Source of the DNA: a virus
Virus record (IMG/VR): IMGVR_UViG_3300002132_000029
Strand: one strand, 5' to 3'
DNA length: 46,739 nt
The position numbers and the translations under genes were made by a program. Of the stretch, positions 8,601-16,458 are shown one piece after another. Numbering within the stretch: the stretch's first letter is position 1; every line of letters starts with the position of its first letter. Under the pieces are notes generated by a model. That model worked only from the letters and a program-made list of their open reading frames with translations. It searched no databases and was not told where the DNA came from.

Positions 8601-9880
8601 GAGCTATCACAGAAGCTAAACTTGGTTCAGCCGCTGTTACCACAGCTAAACTTGCTAATGATGCTGTAACTGCTGATATTGTTGCAGCCAGTGCTATTAC
8701 AACAACAAAGATAGCTGATGGTTCAATCAGCACACCTAAAATAATAGCTGGAGCTATCACTGCTGATACTATTGCCTCCAGTGCTATTACGACAGACAAG
8801 ATATTAGCTAACGCTATTACTACAGGTAAGATAGCCGCAGGGGCTATTACAGCAACAGAAATATCCTCTGAGGCTGTCACAGCAGATAAAATACTAGCTG
8901 GCTCTGTTACTACCGCTAAGATAGCTGCTGGTGCTATTACAGCAACAGAAATATCCTCTGAGGCTATTACAGCGGGTAAGATTGCTGCAAACGCTGTAAC
9001 TGCTACAGAGATAGCAGCAGGGTCTATTACTACCGCTAAGATAGCTGCTGGTGCTATTACAGCAACAGAAATATCCTCTGAGGCTATTACAGCGGGTAAG
9101 ATTGCTGCAAACGCTGTAACTGCTACAGAGATAGCAGCAGGGTCTATTACTACCGCTAAGATAGCTGCTGGTGCTATTACAGCAACAGAAATATCCTCTG
9201 AGGCTATTACTACCGCTAAGATAGCCTCAGGGGCTGTTACAGCCACTACAATAGCTGCTGGGGCGGTTACAGCGGGTAAGATTGCCGCTAATGCAGTCAC
9301 AGCCACAGAGATAGCTGCTGACACTATTACAGCCACTCAAATTGCAGCTAATGCTATTACAGCATCTGAACTAGCTACAGATTCTGTTATTGCAGCTAAA
9401 ATACAAGCTGGAGCTATCAGTGCTGATAAGGTTGCAGCTAACGCTATTACAGCCGTTAAGATTGCTGCTGATGCAGTTACCGCTGATAAGGTTGCAGCTA
9501 ACGCTATTACATCAGATAATATTGTATCAAACGCTATTACTACAGCTAAAATAGCCGCTGGTGCTGTTAATGCAACTCAAATTGCAACTGATGCTATTAC
9601 TGCTGATAAGATATTTGCTGGCTCTGTAACTGCTGATAAGGTTGCTACAGATGCTATTACAGCTAATAAGATAGCTGCATCAAGCATTATTACATCTAAG
9701 ATAGCTGCTGGTGCTGTTACTGCTGCAAAGATTACTGTAAGTGAACTCTCTGCTATCTCAGCTAACATTGGTACATTCCAAAGTGCGGCAAGTGGTGAAC
9801 GTGTTGTTATAACAGATGATAAGATTGTTGTTTATGACGCTAGTAATAACATTAGGGTTAAAATAGGGAACCTTGCATAA
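5639..9880 (+). CDS. Host-specificity / central tail fibre protein (lambda J / GTA g15-like) with FN3 domain, three LPT..G..V.L..D.K.YR repeats and a C-terminal decapeptide-repeat fibre
   Basis: ATG 5639 overlaps the upstream stop (ATGA); the track start 5627 is TTG. N-terminal VYGQVRKGGANTYLE...ITLAGHELDGIDSIYINDE is the typical Phage-tail_3 region. The FN3-like segment is PPSTPSGLSAVGTSKAITISWTNPPD...YYWVRAVDFSENKSPF. Confidence 0.85.
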   Translation: MTPLKKLLTGTTSLSHPQNITRMPQVIIPLLVTAGMTTFWATVTYYVAATLVTSWALNALTPSIPSGSGMQGLLANARSPLAPHEYVYGQVRKGGANTYLEATGDENKFLHMIITLAGHELDGIDSIYINDEIVTLDGNGFVTTGGWAENGLKVRIKKHLGAADQTVDTDLLAESNQITSDFKGQGIAYLYVRLEYDQDVFANGIPLFTAMVRGKKVGDPRTEQVNYSNNAALCIRDYLRSNYGLADTSTDDTIFTVAANVCDENIGLVESGTEKRYAMNGVISADTPVGSVLQSMTTSCAGMLFWGQGNWQLKVGYYTAPVKNFTLDDLRGPITLQTRTSMRDIFNVVRGTFNDAGQDYITADYPQIASATFLAEDNGVETALDFELPFTTSAATAQRIAKLTLFRGREQMTFSADFGLAAFGVQVGDIVSLTNERYGWTNKEFEIIGWRFSASDQAGDLRINLTLHETSDTAFDWNAEETDIISNNSTLPNFTSVDPPTNLLLTATTVLNDDGIAIPAIRATWDASPNQFVQFYEIQYKRLGGEEDYGPVDETYTAEEEWGLISNPDDSEEDWGLTSETIQSPDPQYTSVIGTTTNYVIQPVLNGYLYDVKVRAISALGVRSPFTTGALASQGDTIPPSTPSGLSAVGTSKAITISWTNPPDLDLSYVEVWENGSNNLSTAILVGKSSSTNFYRPNLANNSQKYYWVRAVDFSENKSPFTTSVTATTLLITPNDFNDAVNALFGEAGAYGIEPVAALPTTGAFDGKLVLLLPDITIYRWDEATSSWSDQIFTASSVEAGSLTYTSFASGIEPVGVVDSLPTVAGYEGPIIVVLTTDGKLYRLVDGEWTAAVNTDDIDGQLGANLFSNGLRPVEVVAALPTIDLYQGRIVMLTTDNKMYRYTGSAWTSAIPTTDLTGQIETAQIADTAITAGKIGAAAVTTAKIANEAVTNALIAVNAIDNTKIADAAITAGKIGSDAVTTAKIAAGAITEAKLGSAAVTTAKLANDAVTADIVAASAITTTKIADGSISTPKIIAGAITADTIASSAITTDKILANAITTGKIAAGAITATEISSEAVTADKILAGSVTTAKIAAGAITATEISSEAITAGKIAANAVTATEIAAGSITTAKIAAGAITATEISSEAITAGKIAANAVTATEIAAGSITTAKIAAGAITATEISSEAITTAKIASGAVTATTIAAGAVTAGKIAANAVTATEIAADTITATQIAANAITASELATDSVIAAKIQAGAISADKVAANAITAVKIAADAVTADKVAANAITSDNIVSNAITTAKIAAGAVNATQIATDAITADKIFAGSVTADKVATDAITANKIAASSIITSKIAAGAVTAAKITVSELSAISANIGTFQSAASGERVVITDDKIVVYDASNNIRVKIGNLA
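8401..9740 (+). repeat. About 44 tandem decapeptide (30-nt) coding repeats, consensus A-[IV]-T-[AT]-x-K-I-A-x-x
   Basis: Read directly from the translation (AITAGKIGAA / AVTTAKIANE / ...). This explains the spurious antisense ORFs 8392..9336 and 9577..9768. Confidence 0.9.
8911..9210 (+). repeat. Perfect 120-bp tandem repeat, 2.5 copies, inside the decapeptide region
   Basis: 8911-9030 = 9031-9150 = first 60 nt of 9151-9210. Lines 8941-9060 and 9061-9180 are identical. Confidence 0.95.
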
Positions 9881-10176
9881 TGTCATATGGTATGCAGATA
9901 TTAACAACTGAAGGGTTAGTTGATATAGCAAATGTACGTTGTGTAAGGATCATTAGCATAAACAGAGTTATTAAGTCGTCTGGTACTACCTCTGGATCAG
10001 TCTATGTTCCAACATGGTCATCAACTGGTGGGTTTTACTACACAGAGATTAATGATGCTAACCAACCACCAAGATCAACTTGGAACGAAGCTGCAAAGAC
10101 CTTAACATGGAATGATGATGTTGGGTTGTACAACAAAAGCCAAGACTTCCAATTTGTATTTGCAAGGTTTACCTAA
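9880..10176 (+). CDS. Hypothetical tail-associated protein (MSYG N-terminus)
   Basis: 98 aa. ATG overlaps the J stop (TAATG). Shares the 13-nt start context TAATGTCATATGG with the next gene. Confidence 0.5.
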   Translation: MSYGMQILTTEGLVDIANVRCVRIISINRVIKSSGTTSGSVYVPTWSSTGGFYYTEINDANQPPRSTWNEAAKTLTWNDDVGLYNKSQDFQFVFARFT

Positions 10177-10892
10177 TGTCATATGGATTTCTAGCTGTAA
10201 ACTCAAATAATGAGACTGTTATTCAAGACGAATATACTACAATGTCTCTGACTAATAGTGGGACACTTTCTCCAAATGCCTCTTCTAGTAGAATTGGTGT
10301 ACAAGCCTATGGATATAGAGTAACAGGTACTTCTGCTGCACCACCAAACAACACTACTGAACTCTTTGTTGAGGTTGATGTTGGTGGGTGGTATTGTGAG
10401 TGGGGCTACGGGTTAGCTGGGGTTTTTAGTGGGACACGGGTTTACAGTGACTTTGCCTTATCTCAGATCGTAAGCACAAGTTCTACTATGAAATGGTATC
10501 ACTTTGATCTTAGGACAAACTTACCAAACCCAACTAGTGGTTATGGCGCTGCTGTATTTAATACAACTGGTCAATGTGTGTGGAGTTCAGATGCTATTAC
10601 TAATCGTGTTGTAGATGCTGGTGATACTGTAAATGATCCAGCAACAAACTATGTAGGCTCCACTATAACTGTACCATCGACAAACCTAGCTAATGCCGCT
10701 TACCTACGGCAGGGTACAGGTAAGTGGGTAGATAGTGGTTCTTTTATGAGAGGTTACGGTATTATCATTGAAAGAACTGGGACTACAACTTGGAGACCCT
10801 CTGTTAGGATTGTTGACTACCATGAGAGAGACTTTAATCAAAGTTTTAATTTTGGTACGACAAAGGGTAACTTTATGTTAGCAAAGGTCTAG
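10176..10892 (+). CDS. Hypothetical tail-associated protein (MSYG N-terminus, longer paralogue-like)
   Basis: 238 aa. Coupled start TAATG. Lies between the J-like gene and the fibre gene. Confidence 0.5.
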   Translation: MSYGFLAVNSNNETVIQDEYTTMSLTNSGTLSPNASSSRIGVQAYGYRVTGTSAAPPNNTTELFVEVDVGGWYCEWGYGLAGVFSGTRVYSDFALSQIVSTSSTMKWYHFDLRTNLPNPTSGYGAAVFNTTGQCVWSSDAITNRVVDAGDTVNDPATNYVGSTITVPSTNLANAAYLRQGTGKWVDSGSFMRGYGIIIERTGTTTWRPSVRIVDYHERDFNQSFNFGTTKGNFMLAKV

Positions 10893-10894
10893 AG

Positions 10895-11065
10895 ATGGAA
10901 GAAGATTTAGAACTACTAGACGATGGTTCTTTGTACACTTGGTTTGATGAGCTAGTTAATGCTGAAGCTAAGGCAAAAACTCTTGGTGCTGAGTACCCTG
11001 AATTAATTGATGGAAGGTATAGAGTTTTGAACCCTATCAAAGTCTTTCCAGTTAGACTATCTTAA
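10895..11065 (+). CDS. Small acidic hypothetical protein (56 aa, below the ORF-track cutoff)
   Basis: ATG 10895 lies 3 nt after the upstream stop. Translation is MEEDLELLDDGSLYTWFDELVNAEAKAKTLGAEYPELIDGRYRVLNPIKVFPVRLS with TAA 11063-11065. It fills the gap before the fibre gene. Confidence 0.35.
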   Translation: MEEDLELLDDGSLYTWFDELVNAEAKAKTLGAEYPELIDGRYRVLNPIKVFPVRLS

Positions 11066-11093
11066 AATATTAACTCTTGAGGAGTGACTACAT

Positions 11094-14093
11094 ATGACTA
11101 AACAAGTTCAGCGCCGTAGAGGCACGGCTACACAGCACACCTCATTCACGGGTGCTGACGGTGAGACTTCGGTCAACACCACTAACAAAAGTATTCACGT
11201 TCACGATGGTTCTACAGTAGGTGGCTTTGAGGCTGCAAGGATTGACCTAACTAACGTCACTGGTGCAACGGTAGCTGGCAAGGTTACTGGCTCAACTTTG
11301 TCGTCATTGACGATCACATCGGCTGACATCAACGGCGGTACGATTGACAGCACTGCTATCGGTAATACTACGCCATCGTCAGGTTTATTCACAACGCTAA
11401 ACGCAAGCAGCACACTAACGCTTGGCGGCACGGCTGTAACTTCCACGGCGGCGGAACTTAATATTCTTGACGGTGTAACGGCTACGGCTGCTGAACTCAA
11501 TGTTCTGGATGGCGTAACCGCAACGGCGGCAGAGTTAAACCTAGTCGACGGTTCTGCGGCTGGCAGCGTGGTAATCAACAAGGCTGTGATCTATAGCGCA
11601 ACAGGTCAAGTGAATGCAACGCAGCTTGCCATTGGCGGCACTGCGATTACATCAACCGCTGCTGAACTTAACTTTGTCGATGGCGTTACATCAAACGTGC
11701 AGACGCAGATCAATACTAAGGTTGCTAAAGCTGGCGATACTATGACGGGCAACCTATCGTTCGGTGGCAACAACAAGGCCATCTTTGGTGCTAGCAGTGA
11801 CTTGCAGATTTATCACGATGGGTCATCAAGCATCATTGCAGATGTAGGTACTGGAAACTTACAGTTAAGAGCCAATGACTTTCAGCTTTTGGACGCTGGT
11901 AACACAAAAAACATCATCCGTGGCTACGATGCTACTGGTGCGGTTGGGCTGCACTATGGCGGCGGAGAAAAACTCGCCACCACCGCCACGGGAATTGATG
12001 TAACTGGCACGGTTGTGGCTGATGGGCTGACTGTTGATGGTAGTGCAGTAATAAACCAATACCTAACGCTTAAAACAACAGATGACCAAGTTAATGGTTG
12101 GGTTCTATACACGGGAACAACGGATAAGCTGGAGTTTAATTATAACGGTTCAGGAAATGCTGAAGTTGTAATAGATAGCACTGGCAACGTGGGTATTGGG
12201 ACGACTGCGCCAGCGACAGCCTTAAGCATTGTCCGTTCCTACACAGGTGGTTCAGATACTGGTTATCCGCACATCTATTTAAATAACACAGCGGCTCAGG
12301 GCAATGGTTCAACAACATTTAACCAAGCAATGCTTCGAGTTAATGCTGGTGACGGTGCCGTAGGTTTTTTAAGAGCAACTTACGACTCTGCTGGCCCTTA
12401 CGGAACAAGCATTGATCTTTGGAGCGTATCAAACATCCCCCTGCGTTTTGCCACAAACAACACAGAACGTATGCGCATCGACTCGTCAGGCAACGTAGGC
12501 ATTGGGACGAGTTCGCCTAGCACCTACGGAGGGAAGTTACATGTAGCTAGCGCAGGTTCCACACAGACATCAATAATGATACAAAATCCTGGAATAGGCT
12601 CTGGGCATATTGGTTTTGATGCTTCAAGCTCTAATATTAAAATATATAACACCTATGCGACTGGTTTATTAGCCAATGGCGCTGGCATTGATATTACTTC
12701 GTCAGGCAATGTTGGCATTGGGACGAGTTCGCCAGCGGCTAATTCGCTAACATTAGAAAATAAATATTTGTCTTTTTCTAACAGTCAAACAAAACTTGGT
12801 GATAATGGCATTGTCACTGGAGCAGAGGCGGATGGAAACACTAGACTAGAGTATTATAACGGAAAATATTTTACGATTGCGATGTCTGCCACAGAACGTA
12901 TGCGCATCGACTCGTCAGGCAATGTTGGGATTGGGACGAGTTCGCCTAGTACCGAACTACATGTTGTGGCGTCAAACGGTTACGCTGAGTTGCGTCTTCA
13001 AGGCGCATCTGGAAGCAGTGGGTCACTAGAGTTCTACGACAGCACAACAAAACGTGGCGATATATTCGTTGATACTTCTTCTAATATTATTTTTCGAAAC
13101 ACAGCAGAAGCCATGCGCATCGACTCGTCAGGCAATGTTGGGATTGGGACGGTTCCTACGGCAAACAACATTAGCAAGTCTATTAGTCTTGTCAATGGTG
13201 GTAGTATTTTTGGATACGGTAACGGGACTTATATTACAGCAAACAGTAATTACAATGGGGCTTGGAATACTGTAGCTACTGGGGCAGACTCTAGGATGCT
13301 ACTAGATGGAAATGTTATTTTTAGTAGGTCAGCTTCGGCTTCGGCGGGGACTGCTGGAGCTGTTACTGAAAGTATGCGCATCGACTCGTCAGGCAATGTT
13401 GGGATTGGGACGACTTCGCCAGTGTCAAACTTGGATGTAAAGGGTTCAAATTCACGTATTCGCTGGGATTTGGGCAACGCATACACTTATCAGGGTGCTA
13501 CCAATTCGGCTGGTAGTGCATTTGCGGCTGCATACTATGATGGAAGTGAGCATCGTTGGCTTATCGCCTCAAGTACAAAGGCGATGATTGACAGCAGCGG
13601 CAATTTGCTTGTGGGTGCTACTTCAGGTGGCTCAAAAATTGTGGCAGAAGCCGTTCCTAGCGGAACTACGTATTTGGCTAAATGGTCAGCTACAGGAGGC
13701 ACTGCTTTATACTTAGAAGTTGGAGGATCAGCTGTCGGGTCAATTTCTTGTACTGCCTCTGCAACCTCCTACAACACCTCATCAGACTACCGTTTAAAAG
13801 AAAATGTAGTCGGTATGTCAGGCGCTACAGAACGCCTAAAGCAACTCAAGCCTTCACGCTTTAATTTCATCGCAGACGCTGACACAACTGTAGATGGATT
13901 CTTAGCTCATGAAGTGCAAGACATCGTACCTGAAGCAATTACTGGAAATAAAGACGCAGTAGATGCAGACGGCAACCCTGAATATCAAGGCATTGACCAA
14001 AGCAAACTTGTGCCGCTGCTAACGGCTGCACTGCAAGAAGCACTAACTGAAATATCGGCACTCAAGGTTCGTGTCACAGCCCTAGAAGGATAA
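11094..14093 (+). CDS. Tail fibre with repeated ERMRIDSSGNVGIGT modules and a C-terminal intramolecular chaperone (peptidase S74-type) domain
   Basis: 999 aa. GGAG-type RBS (ttgaggagtgactacatATG). At least 6 copies of the MRIDSSGNVGIGT motif. The C-terminus SSDYRLKENV...FNF...GFLAHEVQDIVPEAITG...IDQSKLVPLLTAALQE is characteristic of the autoproteolytic chaperone domain. Confidence 0.9.
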   Translation: MTKQVQRRRGTATQHTSFTGADGETSVNTTNKSIHVHDGSTVGGFEAARIDLTNVTGATVAGKVTGSTLSSLTITSADINGGTIDSTAIGNTTPSSGLFTTLNASSTLTLGGTAVTSTAAELNILDGVTATAAELNVLDGVTATAAELNLVDGSAAGSVVINKAVIYSATGQVNATQLAIGGTAITSTAAELNFVDGVTSNVQTQINTKVAKAGDTMTGNLSFGGNNKAIFGASSDLQIYHDGSSSIIADVGTGNLQLRANDFQLLDAGNTKNIIRGYDATGAVGLHYGGGEKLATTATGIDVTGTVVADGLTVDGSAVINQYLTLKTTDDQVNGWVLYTGTTDKLEFNYNGSGNAEVVIDSTGNVGIGTTAPATALSIVRSYTGGSDTGYPHIYLNNTAAQGNGSTTFNQAMLRVNAGDGAVGFLRATYDSAGPYGTSIDLWSVSNIPLRFATNNTERMRIDSSGNVGIGTSSPSTYGGKLHVASAGSTQTSIMIQNPGIGSGHIGFDASSSNIKIYNTYATGLLANGAGIDITSSGNVGIGTSSPAANSLTLENKYLSFSNSQTKLGDNGIVTGAEADGNTRLEYYNGKYFTIAMSATERMRIDSSGNVGIGTSSPSTELHVVASNGYAELRLQGASGSSGSLEFYDSTTKRGDIFVDTSSNIIFRNTAEAMRIDSSGNVGIGTVPTANNISKSISLVNGGSIFGYGNGTYITANSNYNGAWNTVATGADSRMLLDGNVIFSRSASASAGTAGAVTESMRIDSSGNVGIGTTSPVSNLDVKGSNSRIRWDLGNAYTYQGATNSAGSAFAAAYYDGSEHRWLIASSTKAMIDSSGNLLVGATSGGSKIVAEAVPSGTTYLAKWSATGGTALYLEVGGSAVGSISCTASATSYNTSSDYRLKENVVGMSGATERLKQLKPSRFNFIADADTTVDGFLAHEVQDIVPEAITGNKDAVDADGNPEYQGIDQSKLVPLLTAALQEALTEISALKVRVTALEG

Positions 14094-14097
14094 TATC

Positions 14098-14400
14098 ATG
14101 GCTATCACTACTACTTGGACTATCGCCCAGCTAGAACGCAACACATCAGACGGCGGCGTAACAACCGTACACTGGCGTGTATCAGCAGTCGATGGCGACT
14201 ACACTGCATCAGCCTACGGCACAGTGGGTTGCACACCCGATCCCGAAGCTGCCGATTGGATTGCATTTGATGCGCTAACGGAAGCTGACGTATTGGCTTG
14301 GGTATGGGCATCGGTGGACAAAGACACCACTGAGGCTTCATTGGCTGCAAAGATTGAAGCTGATAAGAACCCAACATCCGCCACGGGATTGCCGTGGTAA
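14098..14400 (+). CDS. Hypothetical protein
   Basis: 100-aa ORF 4 nt after the fibre stop. The antisense ORFs over it look spurious. Confidence 0.55.
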   Translation: MAITTTWTIAQLERNTSDGGVTTVHWRVSAVDGDYTASAYGTVGCTPDPEAADWIAFDALTEADVLAWVWASVDKDTTEASLAAKIEADKNPTSATGLPW

Positions 14401-14422
14401 TATAACCAAAGGAGATAATCAA

Positions 14423-14656
14423 ATGGTTGAGAAACAAACAAGAACCATCGTGATTAACGATAAAGAATACACAGAAGACCAACTAAGTGATCGTCAGAAA
14501 GTTATTATTAATCATCTTAATGACCTAGAGCGTAAGATTGGTTCTACACAATTTAACCTAGATCAGCTTAATGTTGGTCGTCAGGCATTCCTAGATATGC
14601 TTGTAGTTTCCCTTGAGGAAGATACTACCACAGAAGACGCTGAAGTCTTACAATAA
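14423..14656 (+). CDS. Hypothetical protein (77 aa)
   Basis: ATG 14423 preceded by AAAGGAGA. The track start 14354 lies inside the previous gene. Confidence 0.55.
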   Translation: MVEKQTRTIVINDKEYTEDQLSDRQKVIINHLNDLERKIGSTQFNLDQLNVGRQAFLDMLVVSLEEDTTTEDAEVLQ

Positions 14657-14689
14657 TAATTTAAAATATAATACAGGGGACTACGACAA

Positions 14690-14914
14690 ATGGAAATTAT
14701 TGATACTATTATGAAATGGATCGTGGCCCCTGTAGCTGCTTTTGTTATATTCCTCTGGGGGAGACAACAAGACCACCACACTGATATAGCTGTACTTAAA
14801 TCTGAAGTTATGCACGATAAACTATCCCATGATCGTGAGATGAAAGAGATGAGAGAGACCGTTAAAGCTATATTCGCTAAACTAGATAGGATCGAAGAAG
14901 CACTACGTAAGTAA
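14690..14914 (+). CDS. Small membrane protein (N-terminal TM plus charged helical tail); lysis-accessory candidate
   Basis: 74 aa. TM segment WIVAPVAAFVIFLWG, then a charged helix. Confidence 0.5.
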   Translation: MEIIDTIMKWIVAPVAAFVIFLWGRQQDHHTDIAVLKSEVMHDKLSHDREMKEMRETVKAIFAKLDRIEEALRK

Positions 14915-15059
14915 TGTGGTATGTGCTTATAATGGTAACTTATGGCCATCTTTGGTTAGGTGGTCATAATACCTTCGTAAAGATTTGCACTTTTAGTAAT
15001 GACGAAAAGATATGGGTGTACCCCGACAGCCCCTGCCCACTAAAGAGGTTGTATAAATA

Positions 15060-15530
15060 ATGGACCCAATTACACTAATGGCCGCTGCCAGTACGGCATT
15101 CAGTTACCTTAAGAAGGGTATTGAAGTTGGTAAAGAACTATCTGATATGGGATCGCAGTTAGGTGCTTGGGCTAATGCTATCTCTGATCTAGACTTTATG
15201 GCTGCACAGGCACAGAACCCTCCGTGGTGGAAGTCCATGACAGGTTCAGCACAGGCAGATGCCATAGAGGTATTTGCAGCTAAACAGAAGGCCCTAGCAA
15301 TGAGGGCTGAACTTAAGCAGTACATTCAATACGCTTATGGTCAGTATAAGTGGGAAGAGTTTGTTTCCCTTGAGGGTAAGATGCGTAAGCAACGTCAAGA
15401 GCATGAACACCGTAAGAAAGAGATACGTGATAACATTATTAGCTGGGTACTAGGTATATTCTTTGGTGGCCTAGCTATTGTAATGATCGTATTCCTAGTT
15501 TGGTTTGGATGGACAAATAAAGCATCATAA
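15060..15530 (+). CDS. Hypothetical protein with C-terminal transmembrane anchor
   Basis: 156 aa. C-terminal ISWVLGIFFGGLAIVMIVFLVWFGW. Upstream RBS-like AAAGAGG. Confidence 0.55.
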   Translation: MDPITLMAAASTAFSYLKKGIEVGKELSDMGSQLGAWANAISDLDFMAAQAQNPPWWKSMTGSAQADAIEVFAAKQKALAMRAELKQYIQYAYGQYKWEEFVSLEGKMRKQRQEHEHRKKEIRDNIISWVLGIFFGGLAIVMIVFLVWFGWTNKAS

Positions 15531-15541
15531 GGATATGTATC

Positions 15542-15730
15542 ATGTGGGTAGCAGTAATCATGTTGTGTGCTAATACGTTAGCTACGAGTTGTGAGATGAG
15601 AGCTAATACAAGTGAGTTCTTCTTTAGTAAAACCTCATGTGAAGCTAATGCAGCTAACTATGGTAAAATAATAAGGGGTAAAGGGTACAATGTAGTACCT
15701 GTTTGTTTCAAAGTAGGTAATGAAGCATGA
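15542..15730 (+). CDS. Small Cys-containing secreted/membrane protein (possible lipoprotein or o-spanin-like; uncertain)
   Basis: 62 aa. Hydrophobic N-terminus MWVAVIMLCANTLATSC with five Cys. ATGA overlap with the next gene. The lipobox is not canonical. Confidence 0.4.
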   Translation: MWVAVIMLCANTLATSCEMRANTSEFFFSKTSCEANAANYGKIIRGKGYNVVPVCFKVGNEA

Positions 15731-16053
15731 TGACACAAAAACAACTACAACCTGATTCCAAGTACAACACATTTGATGCAGACGGTGATGGCATTGTCTC
15801 TGATGATGAACTCGTTCGTTCTGAACGTATGCTACAGATTGAGAATAACGACAAAATGCAAGACCAACAGAGGCTTATGGCATGGGTTGCTATGTTGTCC
15901 TCTATTTTAACCGTAGCAGCCCTCCTAACGCCTCTTATAGGCATAGAGCGCATGAACACTGCTAGTGGCTTCCTGAACACCTTCCTAGTGGCTCAGACAG
16001 GCATTGTAGTAGGCTTCATGGGTATGACAGCTTGGGCTAAATCAAAGGACTAA
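15727..16053 (+). CDS. Two-TM membrane protein with an N-terminal canonical EF-hand Ca-binding loop (holin/antiholin-like candidate)
   Basis: 108 aa. The loop DADGDGIVSDDE followed by L (nt 15775-15810) fits the EF-hand consensus at every position. Two hydrophobic helices follow. It lies directly upstream of the holin. Confidence 0.6.
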   Translation: MMTQKQLQPDSKYNTFDADGDGIVSDDELVRSERMLQIENNDKMQDQQRLMAWVAMLSSILTVAALLTPLIGIERMNTASGFLNTFLVAQTGIVVGFMGMTAWAKSKD

Positions 16054-16056
16054 CAC

Positions 16057-16458
16057 ATGGGACTACTCGACACACTTATAGGGCCAGTAACTAGTATTAT
16101 TGATAAGATCGTTCCTGACAAAGATCAAGCAGCTAAGTTGGCACATGAGATAGCCACTATGTCTGAGAAGATGGCTAATGAACAGGTACTAGCACAGCTT
16201 GAAGTAAACAAAGCTGAAGCTGCCAGTGGATCACTATTTAAAGGTGGGTGGAGGCCAGCGATAGGATGGATATGTGGATTAGCATTATTCTGGTCGTTTA
16301 TCTTGCAGCCTTTTCTTGTCTTCTTCTTGTTAGTCTTTGGCGTTGATCTACCACCTCTACCTGAAGTTGGGACTGCTGATCTTATGCCAATCCTGCTTGG
16401 TATGCTTGGATTAGGCGGTCTTAGGTCTTATGAGAAGGTACAGAAGGTGACAAAATGA
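16057..16458 (+). CDS. Holin (3-TM, gene-transfer-release / DUF3154-type)
   Basis: 133 aa. N-terminal MGLLDTLIGPVTSIIDKIVPDKDQAAK, then GGWRPAIGWICGLALFWSFILQPF, typical of this holin family. Overlaps the endolysin start. Confidence 0.7.
   Translation: MGLLDTLIGPVTSIIDKIVPDKDQAAKLAHEIATMSEKMANEQVLAQLEVNKAEAASGSLFKGGWRPAIGWICGLALFWSFILQPFLVFFLLVFGVDLPPLPEVGTADLMPILLGMLGLGGLRSYEKVQKVTK

Noticed and set aside
8392-9336. 314-aa antisense ORF (and 9577..9768) opposite the J-like gene
   Set aside because: It lies entirely within the decapeptide-repeat DNA. The translation is a monotonous AAILAVV-type sequence produced by the complement of GCT/ATT/ACA repeats. There is no RBS, and the sense-strand gene is clearly real.
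11094-14093. Diversity-generating retroelement acting on the fibre repeats
   Set aside because: No reverse transcriptase gene is present anywhere in the genome. The repeats do not show the adenine-specific template/variable pattern by eye.
14120-14482. Antisense ORFs 14120..14482 and 14214..14441
   Set aside because: They overlap a sense-strand ORF that is coupled to the fibre gene. The antisense translations are Cys/Arg/Leu-rich with no RBS, in a block transcribed entirely rightward.
14941-14968. Hairpin TATGGCCA...TGGTCATA in the 145-bp gap before 15060 as a terminator
   Set aside because: It has only 8 bp including a G-U pair, a 12-nt loop and no following U-tract. I also found no convincing promoter in this gap.
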